Shown here one piece after another: positions 46,501 through 60,827 of a DNA stretch of 64,000 nt. The notes under the pieces are model-generated. The model searched no databases, was not told the origin of the DNA, and worked only from the letters and a program-made list of their open reading frames with translations. Every line of letters starts with the position of its first letter. The stretch's first letter is position 1. A program made the translations under genes and the position numbers. The DNA comes from Felis catus (taxonomy: Eukaryota). The stretch lies in NCBI RefSeq assembly GCF_018350175.1, contig NC_058383.1, positions 4,650,001 through 4,714,000 of the forward strand, in the 5' to 3' direction.

Positions 46501-49342
46501 AGTTATACCTTTGTAGGAATTATGCAATTGAGAAGTGGACTTTAGGTAAATCATCTATTTAGAAGTAAGTACTGATAGAGAGCTTTATCTTAACTTTCTG
46601 TAAATTTGGATGTAAATAGTTTGAGCACTACAAATCAACTTGAAACAATTAAATGTACGTTTCCTTGAATTGTTACATCATTGACCTAAGAACCTTTAGA
46701 GCCTGATAAAGTGTCAGGTATACCTTCCTTTTTACAATGCATGACAAATTTTGTTTAGGTTAATTTATGTTATCCATGGATCATCGCTATAGTGTGAGTT
46801 GACAACATAGGTGTGGAGGGTAAGGACCTTTGCTTTCCAGTGATTAGCCGAATAGCCTCTATTTGAATAATTGACCCCTTACGGCTGAGATGAAATGCCA
46901 TATTTTCTGTGTATTTCAATCACTCGTGCCACCTGTTTTTGTTGCTTAGCACTTTCCCTCCACATTCTTCTAGATAATCGTGACTATGCTACATAGCAGG
47001 AATGAAAAGTCTGGTAGGTTGTATAGTTTTGTGTAGGAAAATATACTCATGGTGTATTTGTGGAAATGATACCTACAAAGATTCCCACCGTAGTTTGTCA
47101 TTATAGCTTTAAATACACAGTATGCATTTTAAGTAAAATACTCAAAAAGTTTCAATGGTTCACCACATTCTTCTTACCGAGTACCTATGCATGAAAGAGC
47201 CTGGTACACATAAGTGGTCCCGGACTGCCTCTCTGATGATGGAGCAGTGTGATCTGTTCAGTTTCAAACATGTCCATGCTCTCATATTATTACATCTCTG
47301 AAAGTAAGATCAGTGGCATGTTCTTTAATGCCACTGTTTTTCTTCTCTAGAGGCACGTAAAATCATGGTTTTAGACTTGATGGAATACAATATATGAAAA
47401 GTTTTTAACTGTCCCTGGCAAGTGTGTAAGGTAACACAGGCCCGAGTTCATAAAGAAAGCACTAGAGGGACTTGAGCCTCCTTGTGCTGTAGTAAGGACT
47501 GAAGGGGGGACTGAAAGACTTGGGGGTGAGTTGGGGGGCAGGAGCTCCTGGGTGTTGTACCAGTGACCTCATAATTTGGGGTGTGAGCAGATCATGAACT
47601 CTGAGAGGGGTTTCCAGGGGCTGAGCAGAAGGCAGACCCTTCCTGGCCGTGGACACGTGAGATCTCCCAATATTCTGTATCCTCCTCGAGTTAGTGAAGC
47701 GGTGGCTTACTGACTCCTTCTCACGTGGATCAAAATGAAGACGTAGTTTTAACACCAAGGCCCTATCCCCTCGGAGGCCCCCAAGTCACCCGCTTCTTTG
47801 TTCCAGGTCAGTGAGCTTGGTGGCACTGTCCATCCAGGCTCCCCAGAGAAGACTGTACAGTCCACCAGTTGTGGCCCAGCTAACTGCCAGCTTTGCAGGC
47901 TGCCTGCAGTGAAACAAAACAAGGAAATTCCTTTTCCTTCTCACAGAGATGACATCACAAACCAACGGTGTTTCCCTTCCCTGAATTCAAAGTCCGTGAT
48001 TCCTGCCAAACTGACGAAGTAGCATGGGCTGCCGACTTGTTTCCCAAGCCCAACTCTGGGGTGCCAGAGAAGCCCAAGCAGTTCACACGTCCAGGGACTG
48101 CAGGGGTGCCCTGGGGGCAGATGTGGCTCTCGGCAGGGAGGTGTGAGCAGCCAGAGACAGTAGGGAGGCCGGTGCCAAGGGGAACTCGGGGACTACACGA
48201 CACTGCTCTCCACTGTAGTGTCCCAAGCACATCACTGCCCACCACGGTCCTTCGTGAGACCGAAAGCAGGTGCGTCAGCCCCATCCAGCTGAGATGAGGG
48301 GTGGATGCGACAGACACAGTGTGAGCTGCATCATCCCCTCCTCATTCCACAGCCATGTCATTACCATAAGTAGGCACGTTTTTCCGGATGAAGGAGGACC
48401 TTCTGGTGATCATGTAATGTGCCAAGAGGGGGTTCCTCCTAGCTGGGGGCGGGCTTTCTCTTCTGTAACACATACGTCTGCTGAGGCCACCCTGAGGAAC
48501 AGCAATAGGGTTTAGGCCTTTGCCCAGCTCCTTCCATTTGCCGAGATCTCCAGACACCTCAGCAAGAATAAATGCCGGGAGAAGACAAGGAGTTTACCAA
48601 GAGCACACCATATGTCTCCACCACTAGTGGGATGCAGAAATCCAGATTTCAAAATGGTCTTACTAGACATCCCTTGAGAAAAGTGTATTGGTTACATGAA
48701 GCAGGAACAGCTATCCCAAAAGAGGTGGGGGAAAGGGGAAAGGGCATCAATAAATGGCATGAAGTAAATGCTTCATTAGATGAGTTTAACTGCAGAGTGG
48801 ATGCAGCCAAAAAGCCAGTTAGTGGGCTGAATGACAACGGCAAATGATTTCGCCCTGACGCCAGAAAGAAGAAAGAGATACAATGTGAAAAATAAAACAG
48901 AGAGGACAGTAGAACACCCATATCCTGGGGTTCTCAAAAAGACAAAATGGGAAGAAAACCCATGAATTAAAAGTTTCTCAGAATTAAAAAAAGAATGAAA
49001 TTAAGAGAGGCTTTTGTGATGCCAGAGGGAAAGATCCAGAAAATCTCAGGTCTGTAAAGCAAAATACTGTCTTAACCTAAGGCAAGACCGGTAACTAGAA
49101 CAAATGAGATCCAGTAAAGTGGCAAGAAAAGGGCAGCACATCCACAAGAAGGGATACGACGGTGCTTGGAGTCATCAGTCATTAGAATCCACAAGTTAAA
49201 ACAAGTTACCCTGATCAGAATGGAAAAAATGACAGTGATGTATAATAAATACTGGTAAGGATGTAAATGGTGATTGGTAATATTTGTATACCGTGGGAGT
49301 GGGTAAACTGACCTGGAAATACCTTTTAAAATTCATGTGTGT

Positions 49343-49595
49343 GGGGCACTTGGGCAGCTCAGTCAGTTGAGCGTCCGACTCTTGATTTCAGCTCAGCTCA
49401 TGATCTCATGGTTCAGGAGTTCGAGCTCTGCATTGGGCTCTGCACTGACAGCACGGAGTCTGCTCGGGATTCTCTCCCGCTCTCTCTCTCTCGCTCCCCC
49501 TCTCCCGCTTGCACATACACTCTCTGTGCAGCTAACAAAGTTATGGAACTTTCTCTGTCAAAATAAACATTTAATAAAAATAAAAAATCTTTAAA
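49343..49595 (+). mobile_element. Can-SINE
   Basis: SINEC head, body and tail. Confidence 0.87.
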
Positions 49596-50682
49596 ATTCA
49601 TGGATGTGCCTTCTCATGCAGTGGCACTGCTAACACATTTATCCATCCCCAAGAAATTCTGTACACGCGTGGATGTGTACACAGGGAATTCTGTCAACAG
49701 GATGTTCGAGATGTCCGGGTCACCAGAAGAGGTAATAAAACGCTGATCAAGCAGTGGCGTGCATAACACATTTGATAAAACATGGATATGAACTTTAAAA
49801 ATGAAAAGGGATGTCTGCAACTAAATATTTGTATCCGTTAACATCACACACACACACACCCATATACGTTACAATGGAATGTGGTTAAGGTCATAAACCG
49901 ACCAGCATGAATGGCTGTGAGAAGGGAACAGAATCAGAGTTTGAAATGAAGAGAAAAATCAGGCACAGAATGGCCTCCATGCAGAAACCAACATTGAATA
50001 TAAATGTTTTGAACCCAGTGGTATGATTAACACTGTTCCCCAGGACTCCTCCAGAAACATTAAAACAAAAATTAAAGGACCTGAGAAGTAAAACTCCTCA
50101 TCGTTTTATGCTGTTTAGTTTTAGCCAGAGTTTCACGGCTCGGGTGCCTAAATGATGTCTGTGTCTTTTCTGGCAACTTCAACCCAACCCAGCTTCCAAT
50201 AAAGTTGTCGTGGCTGCTCCATTTGTTGGTTCCTCCGTACTTTAACTTGTTTTTTTTTTTTAGGTAGACTCCATGCCCAACGTGGGGCTTGAACTCACAA
50301 CCCTGAGATCAAGAGTTGCACACTTTACGGAGCAGCTGGTGTCCCTGTCACTCTGTACTTTTAAATGTTCTTGCTAGGATGAAGGAGCCCCCAGCTGGGA
50401 GTATCTGCACCGCGTTGCAGAGGTCATTTTGTGGGAGAGACTGCATTGCTCAGTGCACCACGGTGCCCCCTTGTACCCAGTTTCAGCTGTGTGCCTCCCT
50501 GCAGAGCTGAGTCCCCGGCTTCAGCCAGCAGTGGCCAGGTGACTAAGTTTAGGTCCACGGAATTCGAGCTGGAGGATATGTCATCTTCTGAGTCATATTT
50601 GAAGAGGACTGTTGTTCCCCACTGCCTCCTCCTCCCTCCATGGGCTGTGACAGCACCATGGTGACAAGGGTAATACCTGAGG

Positions 50683-50999
50683 ACAGGGCTTGGCCAACTG
50701 GGCCTGGGAAGGGCCGGGTGGAAACACTTCAGGCTTTGTGGGTACAGCCCCTCACAGCTGCTCAGCCCTGCCTCCACATGTGACAGCACCTACACAGCCA
50801 ATGGGGATGGCCTGGCTGTGTCCCAGTAAACCTTTATGTATGGACACAAATTTCAATTTTGCAGAATTTCACATGCCATAAAATATTCGATTTAAAAAAA
50901 AAAAAAACTGACAAATGTAAAACCCAATCTTGGCTTACGGGATGCACCAAAAGGCAGCAGGCCAAATGTGGCCCATGAACTTGTACCTTGCTGACTCCT
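50683..50999 (+). mobile_element. hAT-Charlie non-autonomous element (MER58B-like)
   Basis: cagggcttggccaact...tggctgtgtcccagtaaacctttat...tgtggcccatgaacttgtaccttgctgactcct. Confidence 0.65.
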
Positions 51000-51960
51000 T
51001 TTTAGGGGATGGAAAAGTAACAAGATAAAGGGGACCCTTTCTCTAGAGAACATCCTGGACTGGAGCTATCCTATTTCCCTGGACCGCCTGCCTGGTAGTT
51101 TAGAATTGTACATGAGATCGTCATCTTCTCTCTTACCAACTAATCCAACACTGATACAGAATTAGCCAACAGAAAAATGAACCACAGTCATTTCTTCTAA
51201 ACTGCAACATATATGTTCTTCCCAAACCTAGTGGTATGCTAATGACTTAAGAGTAAGTCACAGGAAGAAAATAAAGGGCAGCCCATTCAAAACTTCTGTA
51301 ATATAACAAGAGTTCTAGCACAATCAGTAGCAATCCTAATAAAAGATGTGGTTTTAAAATGTTAAGTTCCTAATAAAATATGCAGTATTTCTATCTTTAG
51401 AAAAATGTGTGCTCACATCTTGATTTCTAAATATCACACTTTAGAGTAACAGTTTACTCCAAGGCTGATCAGGAAAAATAAAACCATGGAACATTTATCT
51501 GTACTAGTAAACAAAGTGCTCAGGAACTGATCAGAAGGTATGGCAGAGAGGAGGAAAATGGGGCTCTGCCCATGCCACCCCCCCCCTGCCCCCCAAGTAG
51601 GAACAACTAATGAGCTGGCATCTTCTGCAGAACTCTAGAACTTGGTCCAAAATTTCTAAGTATCAGGCGAGGTTTGGTGAGGCAGGGGTACAGCTGTGCA
51701 GCCAGAAAGATGACTCTCCTGCCCACCTACCACCACCACCCCTGCCCCCACACCTCAGATCAGCTATCAAATGGGTGACAGCCTGCATTCCAGGCCAGTG
51801 GGTTGTTCTCAAACAGCTGCAGAGTGGGCTTCACCTGCTGGACAGAGGTCTGTAGGAGGGTTTCGAGGGGCATCCTCTTGTCTCCTGGACCCACATCAGT
51901 CATGGGCCTGGGCAGCCTCCCAGATGGCTCATGCCGAAAGCATTTAAAGGCACAAGTCCA

Positions 51961-53875
51961 GGGGCGCCTGGGTAGCTCAGTCGGTTGAGCATCGACTTCA
52001 GCTCAGGTCATGATCTCACAGTTCGTGAGTTTGGGCCCTGCATCGGGCTCTGTGCTGACAACTTAGAGCCTGAAGCCTACTTCGGATTCTGTGTCTCCCT
52101 CTCTCCCTGCCCCTCCCCCACTGGCTCTGTCTTTCTCTGCCTCTCAAAAATAAAGAAACTTAATAAAAATAAATAAAGGCAAGAGTCCTGGCTGTAGCCA
52201 GCTGGAGCAAGAAATGACAGTCAAGGTGAGCAGCAAACTGAGACACCTGGGAAAGAAGAGGTTGAGAAAGGAGAGATGTGTGGGAATGAGGGCTTCTAGA
52301 AGCTTCCGTGCATTCCAGGAAATGACGTGTGCTCTGGGTGGGTCACAGCTTAGAAAAGGTCGAGAAGTCCCTAGGCTCTCACCATGGATAGGCCTGCGGG
52401 TTCAACAGAAACGAAGTGAAGGCTGAGGCAGAACTGGAACCAGCTTGGCTGAGCAGTGAAGGCATGCTTGATAAAGAGCCAGTCTGCAAAGACTGGGACA
52501 ACATTGTTTTTCCTCTTTTTCTTTCTCCCCACCTCTTTTTTTTTTTTCTTTTTTCAGCTGCAGGTGTTTTAAGCAAAGTGAGAAAATACACCTAACTTCT
52601 AAGTTACTGGAACAGAGAACAGTGGCCACATGTGACAAGGAATACATACCTACTGATACGGAAAAGTCAATAAAAAGAGCACACAAGAAACAACACAAAC
52701 TCTGGGGTGAGGGGAAAATTTGATTCCCAGAGCTGCTGATTATATTTAAAATGCCCAGTTTTGGGGTGCCTGGGTGGCTCAGTCAATTAAGCATCTGACT
52801 CTGGCTCAGGTCATGATCTTGTGGTTCATGGGCTCGAGCCCCCGAGCCTGGCTCTGTGCTGGAGCCTGCTTGGGATTCTGTGTCTCTCTCTGACCCTCCC
52901 ATCTGCTCCTGCTCAAAAATGAACATTAAAAAATATGTCCAGTTTTCATCAAGTAATTGTAAAACGTGCAAAGAAACAAAGTATGGTCTACTCACAGGAA
53001 CGAGAAATTAACAAGCTGTCACCATGTGTCCTACCTCTCTGGTTGCTGGGGATGGATCAAGAGTGTGCCACTCTTGGTGGGCAGCTATTTGAGACTACAT
53101 TTAAACACGAACTCCAGCAGAACCCCAAAGGCTTGGGAGAAGAGCCTGGTTAAGTCCACTCGGGAGGCTGTCTCTAAGAACTAATGTGGGAAAAGCCAAG
53201 AGAGAGTTGAAAAACAGAATGAAGAGAGACGTGCTTTTCAATACGTGGCAAAACATTATAGAGACAGAGCAATGAAAACATGGTTTAGCTCATCACAATT
53301 CTAAAAGAGGTCTGTAAGACAGAAACAAACAAGCCAGAATCAGAGTACTTACAAGCTATGAGTTAGGACTGACTGCAAATAGGAGAAAACCCAAGATAAC
53401 CAAGCGGCTAGCAGCTCCATCATCCAAACCAGCCAACCGCTGGCCTGCGATGTCTACCAAAGCCCAAGCAGGAGCCCCCGTCGAGTCTCGCTGGCCTTAG
53501 ATTAGGCATCCATCCCAGGAATTAAACTGGGCTCACAGGGCGGGTGCTGTGACTGGCTTGCCAGGGAATGTGCTGGCTCTGGGGTATCAGCTTCCCTTTC
53601 TAAAAGGATGTAGGGAAAAGCACTCAGCACACAAAAAGGAAAACCACTCGGGGCGCCTGGGTGGCTCAGTTGGTTAAGCGGCCGACTTCAGCTCAGGTCA
53701 CAATCTCACGGTCCGTGAGTTCGAGCCCCGCGTCGGGCTCTGTGCTGACAGCTCGGAGCCTGGAGCCCGTTTCAGATTCTGTGTCTCCCTCTCTCTCTGA
53801 CCCTCCCCTGCTCATGCTCTGTCTCTGTCTCAAAAATAAATAAACGTTAAAAAAAAATTAAAAAAAAAAAAACAC
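51961..53875 (+). mobile_element. Three Can-SINEs (~51961-52177, 52762-52935, 53650-53875)
   Basis: SINEC heads and tails with short flanking direct repeats. Confidence 0.86.
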
Positions 53876-55089
53876 TGCAAATGACCATTTAATCCATGAT
53901 AAAGACAGTATTTCGAGTCAGGGACAAAAAAATGAGTGGCATAGACAACTAGCAGTTCATTAGGAAAATAAAAATCAGACACATCAAGCCACATCTTGTC
54001 AAGAAAAATGGAAAAGATCAATGAATGACAATTTTTTAAAGGTTGTTTCACATAAAGAATACTTGGTATGTAACTGGGTTGCAAAAAGAATGTTCCTGTG
54101 CTCCATTTCTTTCAGACAAGAAATAACAGTACTTCATCATTGCATGGAAATTTATAGGGCACAGGGCAGTCACTGAATCATTTTCTCAAAAGAAATCATT
54201 CTTGCTCCCAAATTCCTGTATCTAACATATGTGAATTACATAATAAAAATGAAAAAAAAAAAAGTATACCTCTGCAATATTAGGATGCTTTATAGCTCCA
54301 AGGAACAGAAAAGTCTCAAGTCCAACAGGAGTAAGGAATGTGAACGACCTTCACGTTCCGGGTACAGAGCGGCTTCCGAGCTGGTGAATTCACCATCCGT
54401 GTGCTCCCTGCCTGCGGTTCTGCCCTCCCTCAGCTCACCACCCTGACCTCCAGCCCTGAGTCACAAGACGCAATCAACAGGTATCCAGATGGACAATGCC
54501 ATTCTGCCCTGATTCATCAATGAAGAATCACCCCAAATACTTCCCTAAACACCCTGTTGGCCAGTGTCTGGTCAGACTCTCAGCCCCAAACAGCCTCTGG
54601 TGAGGGAGGAAAACCAGGCCACACCAAGGCACTGCCACGAGGAGGAAGGGCTCAGCAGCTGCCGACCTGCTGTGTGGACACTGAGTGAGGAAGGAGACAA
54701 GGACAGGACACTGTCTCTGGCGTCCTGTTATGCACGTGGCCCCTGGTTCCCTCACACGAGAACTCTGTCGCTGTACATCTGTAGGCACCCCAAACACTGT
54801 CAGGAGCAGGAAAGAGAAGGGTATTTTCTACACACGCCTGTCTTCAGTGTAACAAACACTGTGTTTTGCTAACAGAGCAGCACCCTGCCTTTGCACACTT
54901 AATGACTGTGTTTTTATTAAATCAGCTAAACCCAAGACAGGCAAACACTTTTTTCTTAAGGTATTGTTTGCCTTCTTTATTAAAGAGCAGATCAGTAACG
55001 ATGGGCATCACTATTTATAAATGCCAAAAAGAGAGAGAGAGAATAGATAAGTAGTGAGGTACTTCTCCAAAAGGTTTAACGAAATTTCT

Positions 55090-56900
55090 CAGAGCTCTGT
55101 TAAGAAAAGTAGAGTGGACACCCGCGTCCCGACCACTATGTTCAACACTCACTAAGATCTTGCTACTTTCTGCTTCATCTACTTATGTACGCATAAGCTG
55201 CACTTACGGACTTCAAAGCTGCAGACATCATGACAGCTTACCTTTCTGTTCCGCATGGCATCCTAGAAAGATTCCCATCCATAACCATTATCACACTTCG
55301 GAAGAGTAACTAATTCTGTAATATTACCGAACACCGTTCCACATTCAAATTCCTCTCAATGCCTCCAGAGTACATACGTGGATGTCTTCTTGAGCTGGAT
55401 GTTTTGGGGATCCGATCAAGGATCACGCACTGCATCTGATTATGTCTCGTTAGTCTCTTTGGATTGAAAGAGTCCCCCTAACCCTTTCTCTCTTTTTAAA
55501 AATGACATTGGCTTTTAGAGACCAGGCCAGTTGCCTTGGTGAATGCCCCACAGATTTCGCGGATTGATTTCTCCACTGAAGCTGTTCCTCTCTTCTGTAT
55601 TTTCTGTAAACTAAAAGACTAAATGCTTGATTAAAACCGTATTAAATATCCTGCCAAGACTATGCCCCAGTGCAACGTACGTACGTACCTCACACTGCAT
55701 CTCAGCAAGAGGCACACAATGTCACCCCTGGTGAATGGGGGTGAACAATCATTCCATTGTAAAGGTTACCTTTCACAGGGTCAGTGAGGAAGATGTCTGT
55801 GGGAGATTCTCTCGCACTGCACAAACTCCCAGTTTCCTTTGTGTCAAATGATCCTGGCATCCACTGATCATCTTTGCCTAGATGCCCTAGGGGTTACAAA
55901 TTAGCAATTTTTCAAATTCTATCATTCCTCCTACATTTATTAGTGGACACTTTTCTGTAATAATCAGCCTTTCCACAACTGTGCCCACTAAAAGCGCAGG
56001 GTGGAAATTCTTCTAATTACAGAGTAAGGCGTTTGGGCAAGATTTGTCTCCAATGGTGGAAATGAGCTCAAGCCCCTTTCTCTTTTTCTGTATTGCTGTG
56101 GACAGATTTTTTTGTTTATTCGAATGTTGCCATCAGTCATAGTCGGTCTGTTTGATCATCAAATTACCTCAAATTTGGCCAAGGAGAAACCCTGCAGGCT
56201 AGCTTCTGGGACCTCTGACATCTCCCCATTAATCTTTGAGTATTTCCTTGTTTTCTGACACAAGAGGTCCCAGCCTCATCCTGGACACTTCAGGGCCCAG
56301 GTCTAGAACCAGCTGTCTCTCCGGGGAGTCCTGGTTCCTTGTGTGGGAAATGCTGGCACCATATCTGCTCATCTGTGGGGGGGTGCCATGGCTTCTGGAC
56401 CCTCAGTGGACACAGCTAAGAGATATACAACTTCTAAAAAATAATGAGCAATACTTTCAATTCATATTTCTCATTATGGCAAGGTTTACACAAATTCTTG
56501 TTTTTATGGTCACCTCTTCTCTTAAACTGGGGGTTTGGGCTCTGGTATCTCCAATGGTTTCTTTTTGCCTTATCTTACAATATACAAAAACTGGATCCAA
56601 AATAACACCAGGATTACTAATAAAATTAATGAGCCATGTTTATAAGTTTTTGCAGGTCTTTGTCCTTAAACATATCCCACTGAAAACATACAGTCATAAT
56701 TCTGCATTCACAAGTTTCTTGTAAAAATTATTTTCTCTGTGCGGTTACCAATTTGATATAAAGATGATTTCTGTTTTCAATTTCAGAATGCTTTTATTTT
56801 CTATTTTTGAATATGTAAATAATTTTACATTTATTCAAAAGTCAAAATTTCATAAAAAGGTGTAACGAAAGAAATGTTGCTTCCATCCCTGACTCTAGCA
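55090..56900 (-). mobile_element. Old L1 (L1MC-like) 3' region, degenerate
   Basis: gatcaaggatcacgcactgcatctgattatgtctc...ccagcctcatcctggacacttcagggcccaggtctagaaccagc...; family from recollection. Confidence 0.55.
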
Positions 56901-56973
56901 TGTTCACTCTTGCCTCCAATTCATTTCATTAGTTTATGGTTTATCCTTCTAGTACTTCCCTTTGCAAAAATAA

Positions 56974-56977
<4 letters not shown>

Positions 56978-57016
<39 letters not shown>
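56978..57016 (+). repeat. (GT)19 microsatellite
   Basis: Read directly. Confidence 0.95.
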
Positions 57017-57017
<1 letters not shown>

Positions 57018-57948
57018 AAGTTACTTCCCGACTCTTACACTGAATGTAGTGTGATATATGGTGTTGTGTACTTCCCTTTCCTTAACAGTCTGTTGGGGTA
57101 TAGTACTTCAAATTTGTCAAACGTATCACTTATAATGCATATTGTACTATAAAAATACAAAAACACACTGGGGGCATTTAGTGTGAGAAATCTGTCCTGA
57201 TAATTACTAAACCATGGGGAGATACTTCCTACTGACAGCAATTTCAACATCTGCTACATAAACCAAACATACATCATGTGTGTACAAAGCCGTCCTTACT
57301 TGGGCACCTCAAGTGTCTCATGCTGTCAGCTGCTGCCATGTGCTTTTCCAAAGGCCTCATACTCCCACAATGAGCATCTTCAAAATCTGGTACCACGTCA
57401 GAATTATGAGTTCTAGTGCTACATTATCTCTAGAAAAAACAATGTATCCACATATTCCAAATTGATAGAATTCCCCTCAATATTAATTCCTTTCTTCTAC
57501 AGAGTTTGATTTTTTTCTTTGAACGCTTTCGTGTATGTAAAACATTTATATAGTTCCACTCCAGCATCAATTACCTGGTGATCAGTAAGCTGTGACTCTG
57601 TAAATGCTTTTATACTTTTGTTGCATTCTGTGATTTTAGCCCTGTGACTGATTTCTCTGAGACACAGGTTAGATTCATAGGTAGACGCTAATATACGGGA
57701 CATTGTTAGGGCTGTCTCTCCACGTGAGTTCTTTGATATTTAGTACTGTATGACATGGATACCCCCCCGACATTCATTCCAGAGAGAGCCCACAAACCCC
57801 CGCCCCCTTGTCTTCTGATGCCAATTAAAGACTGAATTTCCACAGGAGAGGGTCTCCACATTATTAAAGTCATAAGGTTTCTCCTGGGTTCTCTTGGCGT
57901 GACAAAATTTGACTTCGCTCAAGAGGGTTTTCCATATCTGCTGCATCT

Positions 57949-60354
57949 TTAGGGTATCTCTCTTGTGTGAATTACCTGATGTTTTGTGAGGGTCGATTTC
58001 TTGCAGAAGGACTTCCCACATTTGCTACATTCATAGGGCTTCTCCCCTGTGTGTGTGCGCTGGTGAACCGTGAGCGTCGACTTCATACAGAAGGACTTCC
58101 CACATCGCTTACACTCATAGGGCTTCTCCCCTGTGTGAGTTCTCTCATGATTAACGAGGTTTGACTTCACATAAAAAGTTTTCCCACATTCCTTACATTC
58201 AAAGGGGTTCTTCCCTGTGTGAGTTCTCTGATGGACAGTGAGGTGTGATTTCATACAGAAAGATTTCTCACATTCATTGCATTTATAAGGTTTCTCTTCT
58301 GTGTGAGTTCTCTGATGTATGGTTAAGGCTGACTTATAACAGAAAGATTTCCCACATTTGTTACATTCGTGGGGCTTCTCCCCAGTGTGTGTTCTCTGGT
58401 GTACAGTTAAAGTTGACTTATGGCGAAAGGTCTTCTGACATTCGTTACATTCATAAGGTTTCTCTTCCGAATGTGTCCTCTGATGATCGGTGAGATTGGA
58501 CTTCATGGAGAAGGCTTTCCCACATTCACTACATACGTGGGGTTTCTTTCCCGTGTGATTTCTCTGATGAATATTAAGAAGTGACTTCACATAGAATGAC
58601 TTCTCACATTCATTACACTTAAAGGGCTTCTCTCCAGTGTGAGTTCTCTGGTGTATGATGAGGGTTGACTTCATATGGAAGGCCTTCCCACATTTGTCAC
58701 ACTCATGTGGTTTCTCCCCTGTGTGCGTTTTCTGATGTTTAGTGAGGGCTGATTTTTTATAGAAGGACTTCTCGCATTCATTGCATCCATAGGGTTTCTC
58801 CCCCGTGTGGGTTCTTTGATGTACTATTAGGATGGAATTCATGGAGAAGGCTTTGCCACACTATTCATAAGGTTTCAAACTGGTGTGAACTTTCTGATGT
58901 TTAGTGAGGTTTGATTTCACACAGAAGGTCTTCCCACATTCCTTACACTCATAGGGTTTCTTCCCTGTGTGAGATACTTGATGGATAATCAGGGCTGATT
59001 TATAGCAGAAGGACTTCCCACAATCTGCACATTTATAGGGTTTCTCTTCTGTATGCTTCCCTTGGTGTACATGCAGGGCTGACTTATAGTAGAAGGATTT
59101 CCCACACTCATTACATCCATAGGGTCTCTCCCCTGTGTGTGTCCTCTGATGGTCAGCAAACTGTGACTTCTGTAAGAACGTTTTCCCACACTCATTGCAT
59201 TTGAAAGGTTTCTCCCCCGTATGTGTTTTCTGATGTTTAGTTAAGTTCGATTTCACACAGAAGGATTTCCCACATTCCTTACACTCATAAGGTTTCTCCC
59301 CCATGTGAGTCCTCTGATGATGACTGAAGTTTGATTTTGCGTAGAAGGATTTCCCACACTTCGTACACTGATAGGGCTTCTCTCCTGTGTGAATCCTCTG
59401 ATGGATTTTGAGGGCAGAGTTGACGAAAAGACTTGTTGCACTCACTGCACACATACAGCCTCCTTTCTGACTGTGTCCTCTGCTGACCAGGAGGGGCCAA
59501 TTGAACAGGGGCTGTGTCACACTCACTAGGCTTCTCTCCTGGGTGAGATCCCGGAGGGTCTGTGGGTTGTGATTTCTGAAAAGTTTTCCCACATTTATTA
59601 CTTTCACATGGTTTCTCTCCTGTGTGTATCTTCTGGTGCTGAGTCAGGTGAGACTCCTGGTAAAAACACTTCCCACAGTGACTACATTCAAAGATTTTCT
59701 CTCCCGTGTGAGTTGCAGGAGGTTGAGTGAGATGGGACTTCTTGCTGAAGTTATTCTCATTTTCATTAGATTCTTGGGTTTTCTCCTCCACGTTAACTTT
59801 CTGATGTTTTAAGAGGGCTGACTTCTCACACTCTTTGACCTCAGAGTGACTCTTCCTTGTGTGAGTTTCCTGAAGGACTTGGCGGGCTGACTCATCACTG
59901 ATATTTCCCCCATGTTCTGTACAATCAGGGGATTTCTCTTCTGTTTGAGCCCTTGTAGGTGGAATGATGGCTGACTTATTAAGGAAGGTTTCTCCACATT
60001 CATCATCTTCAAAAAGTAGTCCCAAAGTTTGAATTTTGTGTTGCTCAGTAAGGTCCTGAGTCTGACTGAGGGATTTCCTGTCTTGGCTATGTGCGTCAGA
60101 TTTCTTCCCAGTAGGAATATTTTCTTGATTATTATCAAAAAGAAATTTCTCACATGCAGTAATTTCATCTGAGTTCCTACTTGAATGACTTTTATCACTA
60201 ATAACGGATTCTGAAACATTTTTCAAACTCTTTCCACATGAGTCATACTCACAGGGTGCTTTTCTGCAAACATTATCTCTCTTCTTAGTCAGAGATTTTT
60301 TGTTAATGAGTGAAACTCGCCACAAACATTTATCTTGGTTTTCCTGGCTTCTGT
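57949..60354 (-). pseudogene. Spacer + zinc finger exon with frameshift and premature stop
   Basis: ORFs 59285..60325, 58861..59607 and 57949..58842 are consecutive pieces of one array (1+6+10 intact fingers, 2 broken). Confidence 0.88.
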
Positions 60355-60369
60355 CTATAAGGTTATAAA

Positions 60370-60575
60370 TAAGAAAAATTAAGTCTACTTTAAAGATGTT
60401 AACACATTTCCTATGATTACCAAGATCAAGATAATTAACACATCCATCACCTTATGTAGTTAACACAAGTAGATTGTGCGTGTGGTGAGAATGGTCAACA
60501 TCTACTCTCAACAACTTTCCTCTGTTCTTACTGTCTTAGTCCCCATGCTGTGCATCACACCCCCAGAACTTGAAT
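60370..60575 (-). mobile_element. L1MA-like 3' end fragment abutting the start of the disrupted ZNF finger exon
   Basis: atcaagataattaacacatccatcacc...gtggtgagaatggtcaacatctactctcaacaacttt...catgctgtgcatcacacccccagaactt. Confidence 0.6.
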
Positions 60576-60827
60576 AAGTCATTTGTGAGAAAAAAAAAAT
60601 CAAGCTGATCTAAGACAACCATAATAGCATTTAGTGCTAAAAGCAATGGGGAAAGAATGACAAACCCTTCAAGACTAAAAGAAAATCCCAATAGTTTCAT
60701 ATGTAGACAAAATGGTACTCAGGTGAAGTAACGCCAGTGAGTCTGAACATGCAAGAATGCAGGTAAATATTGTTTTCATGAATTCTTAAAGAACCTACTA
60801 GAAAATGAACTTCAATCAAGAAATGGT

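Noticed and set aside
56236-56724. 162-aa hydrophobic ORF
   Set aside because: Lies in old L1-like sequence, has a non-ATG start and no splice or domain support.
57480-57948. Further finger-like sequence beyond the stop at 57949
   Set aside because: Degenerate, with multiple stops and lost Cys/His; ordinary 3' UTR finger relics rather than a separate gene.
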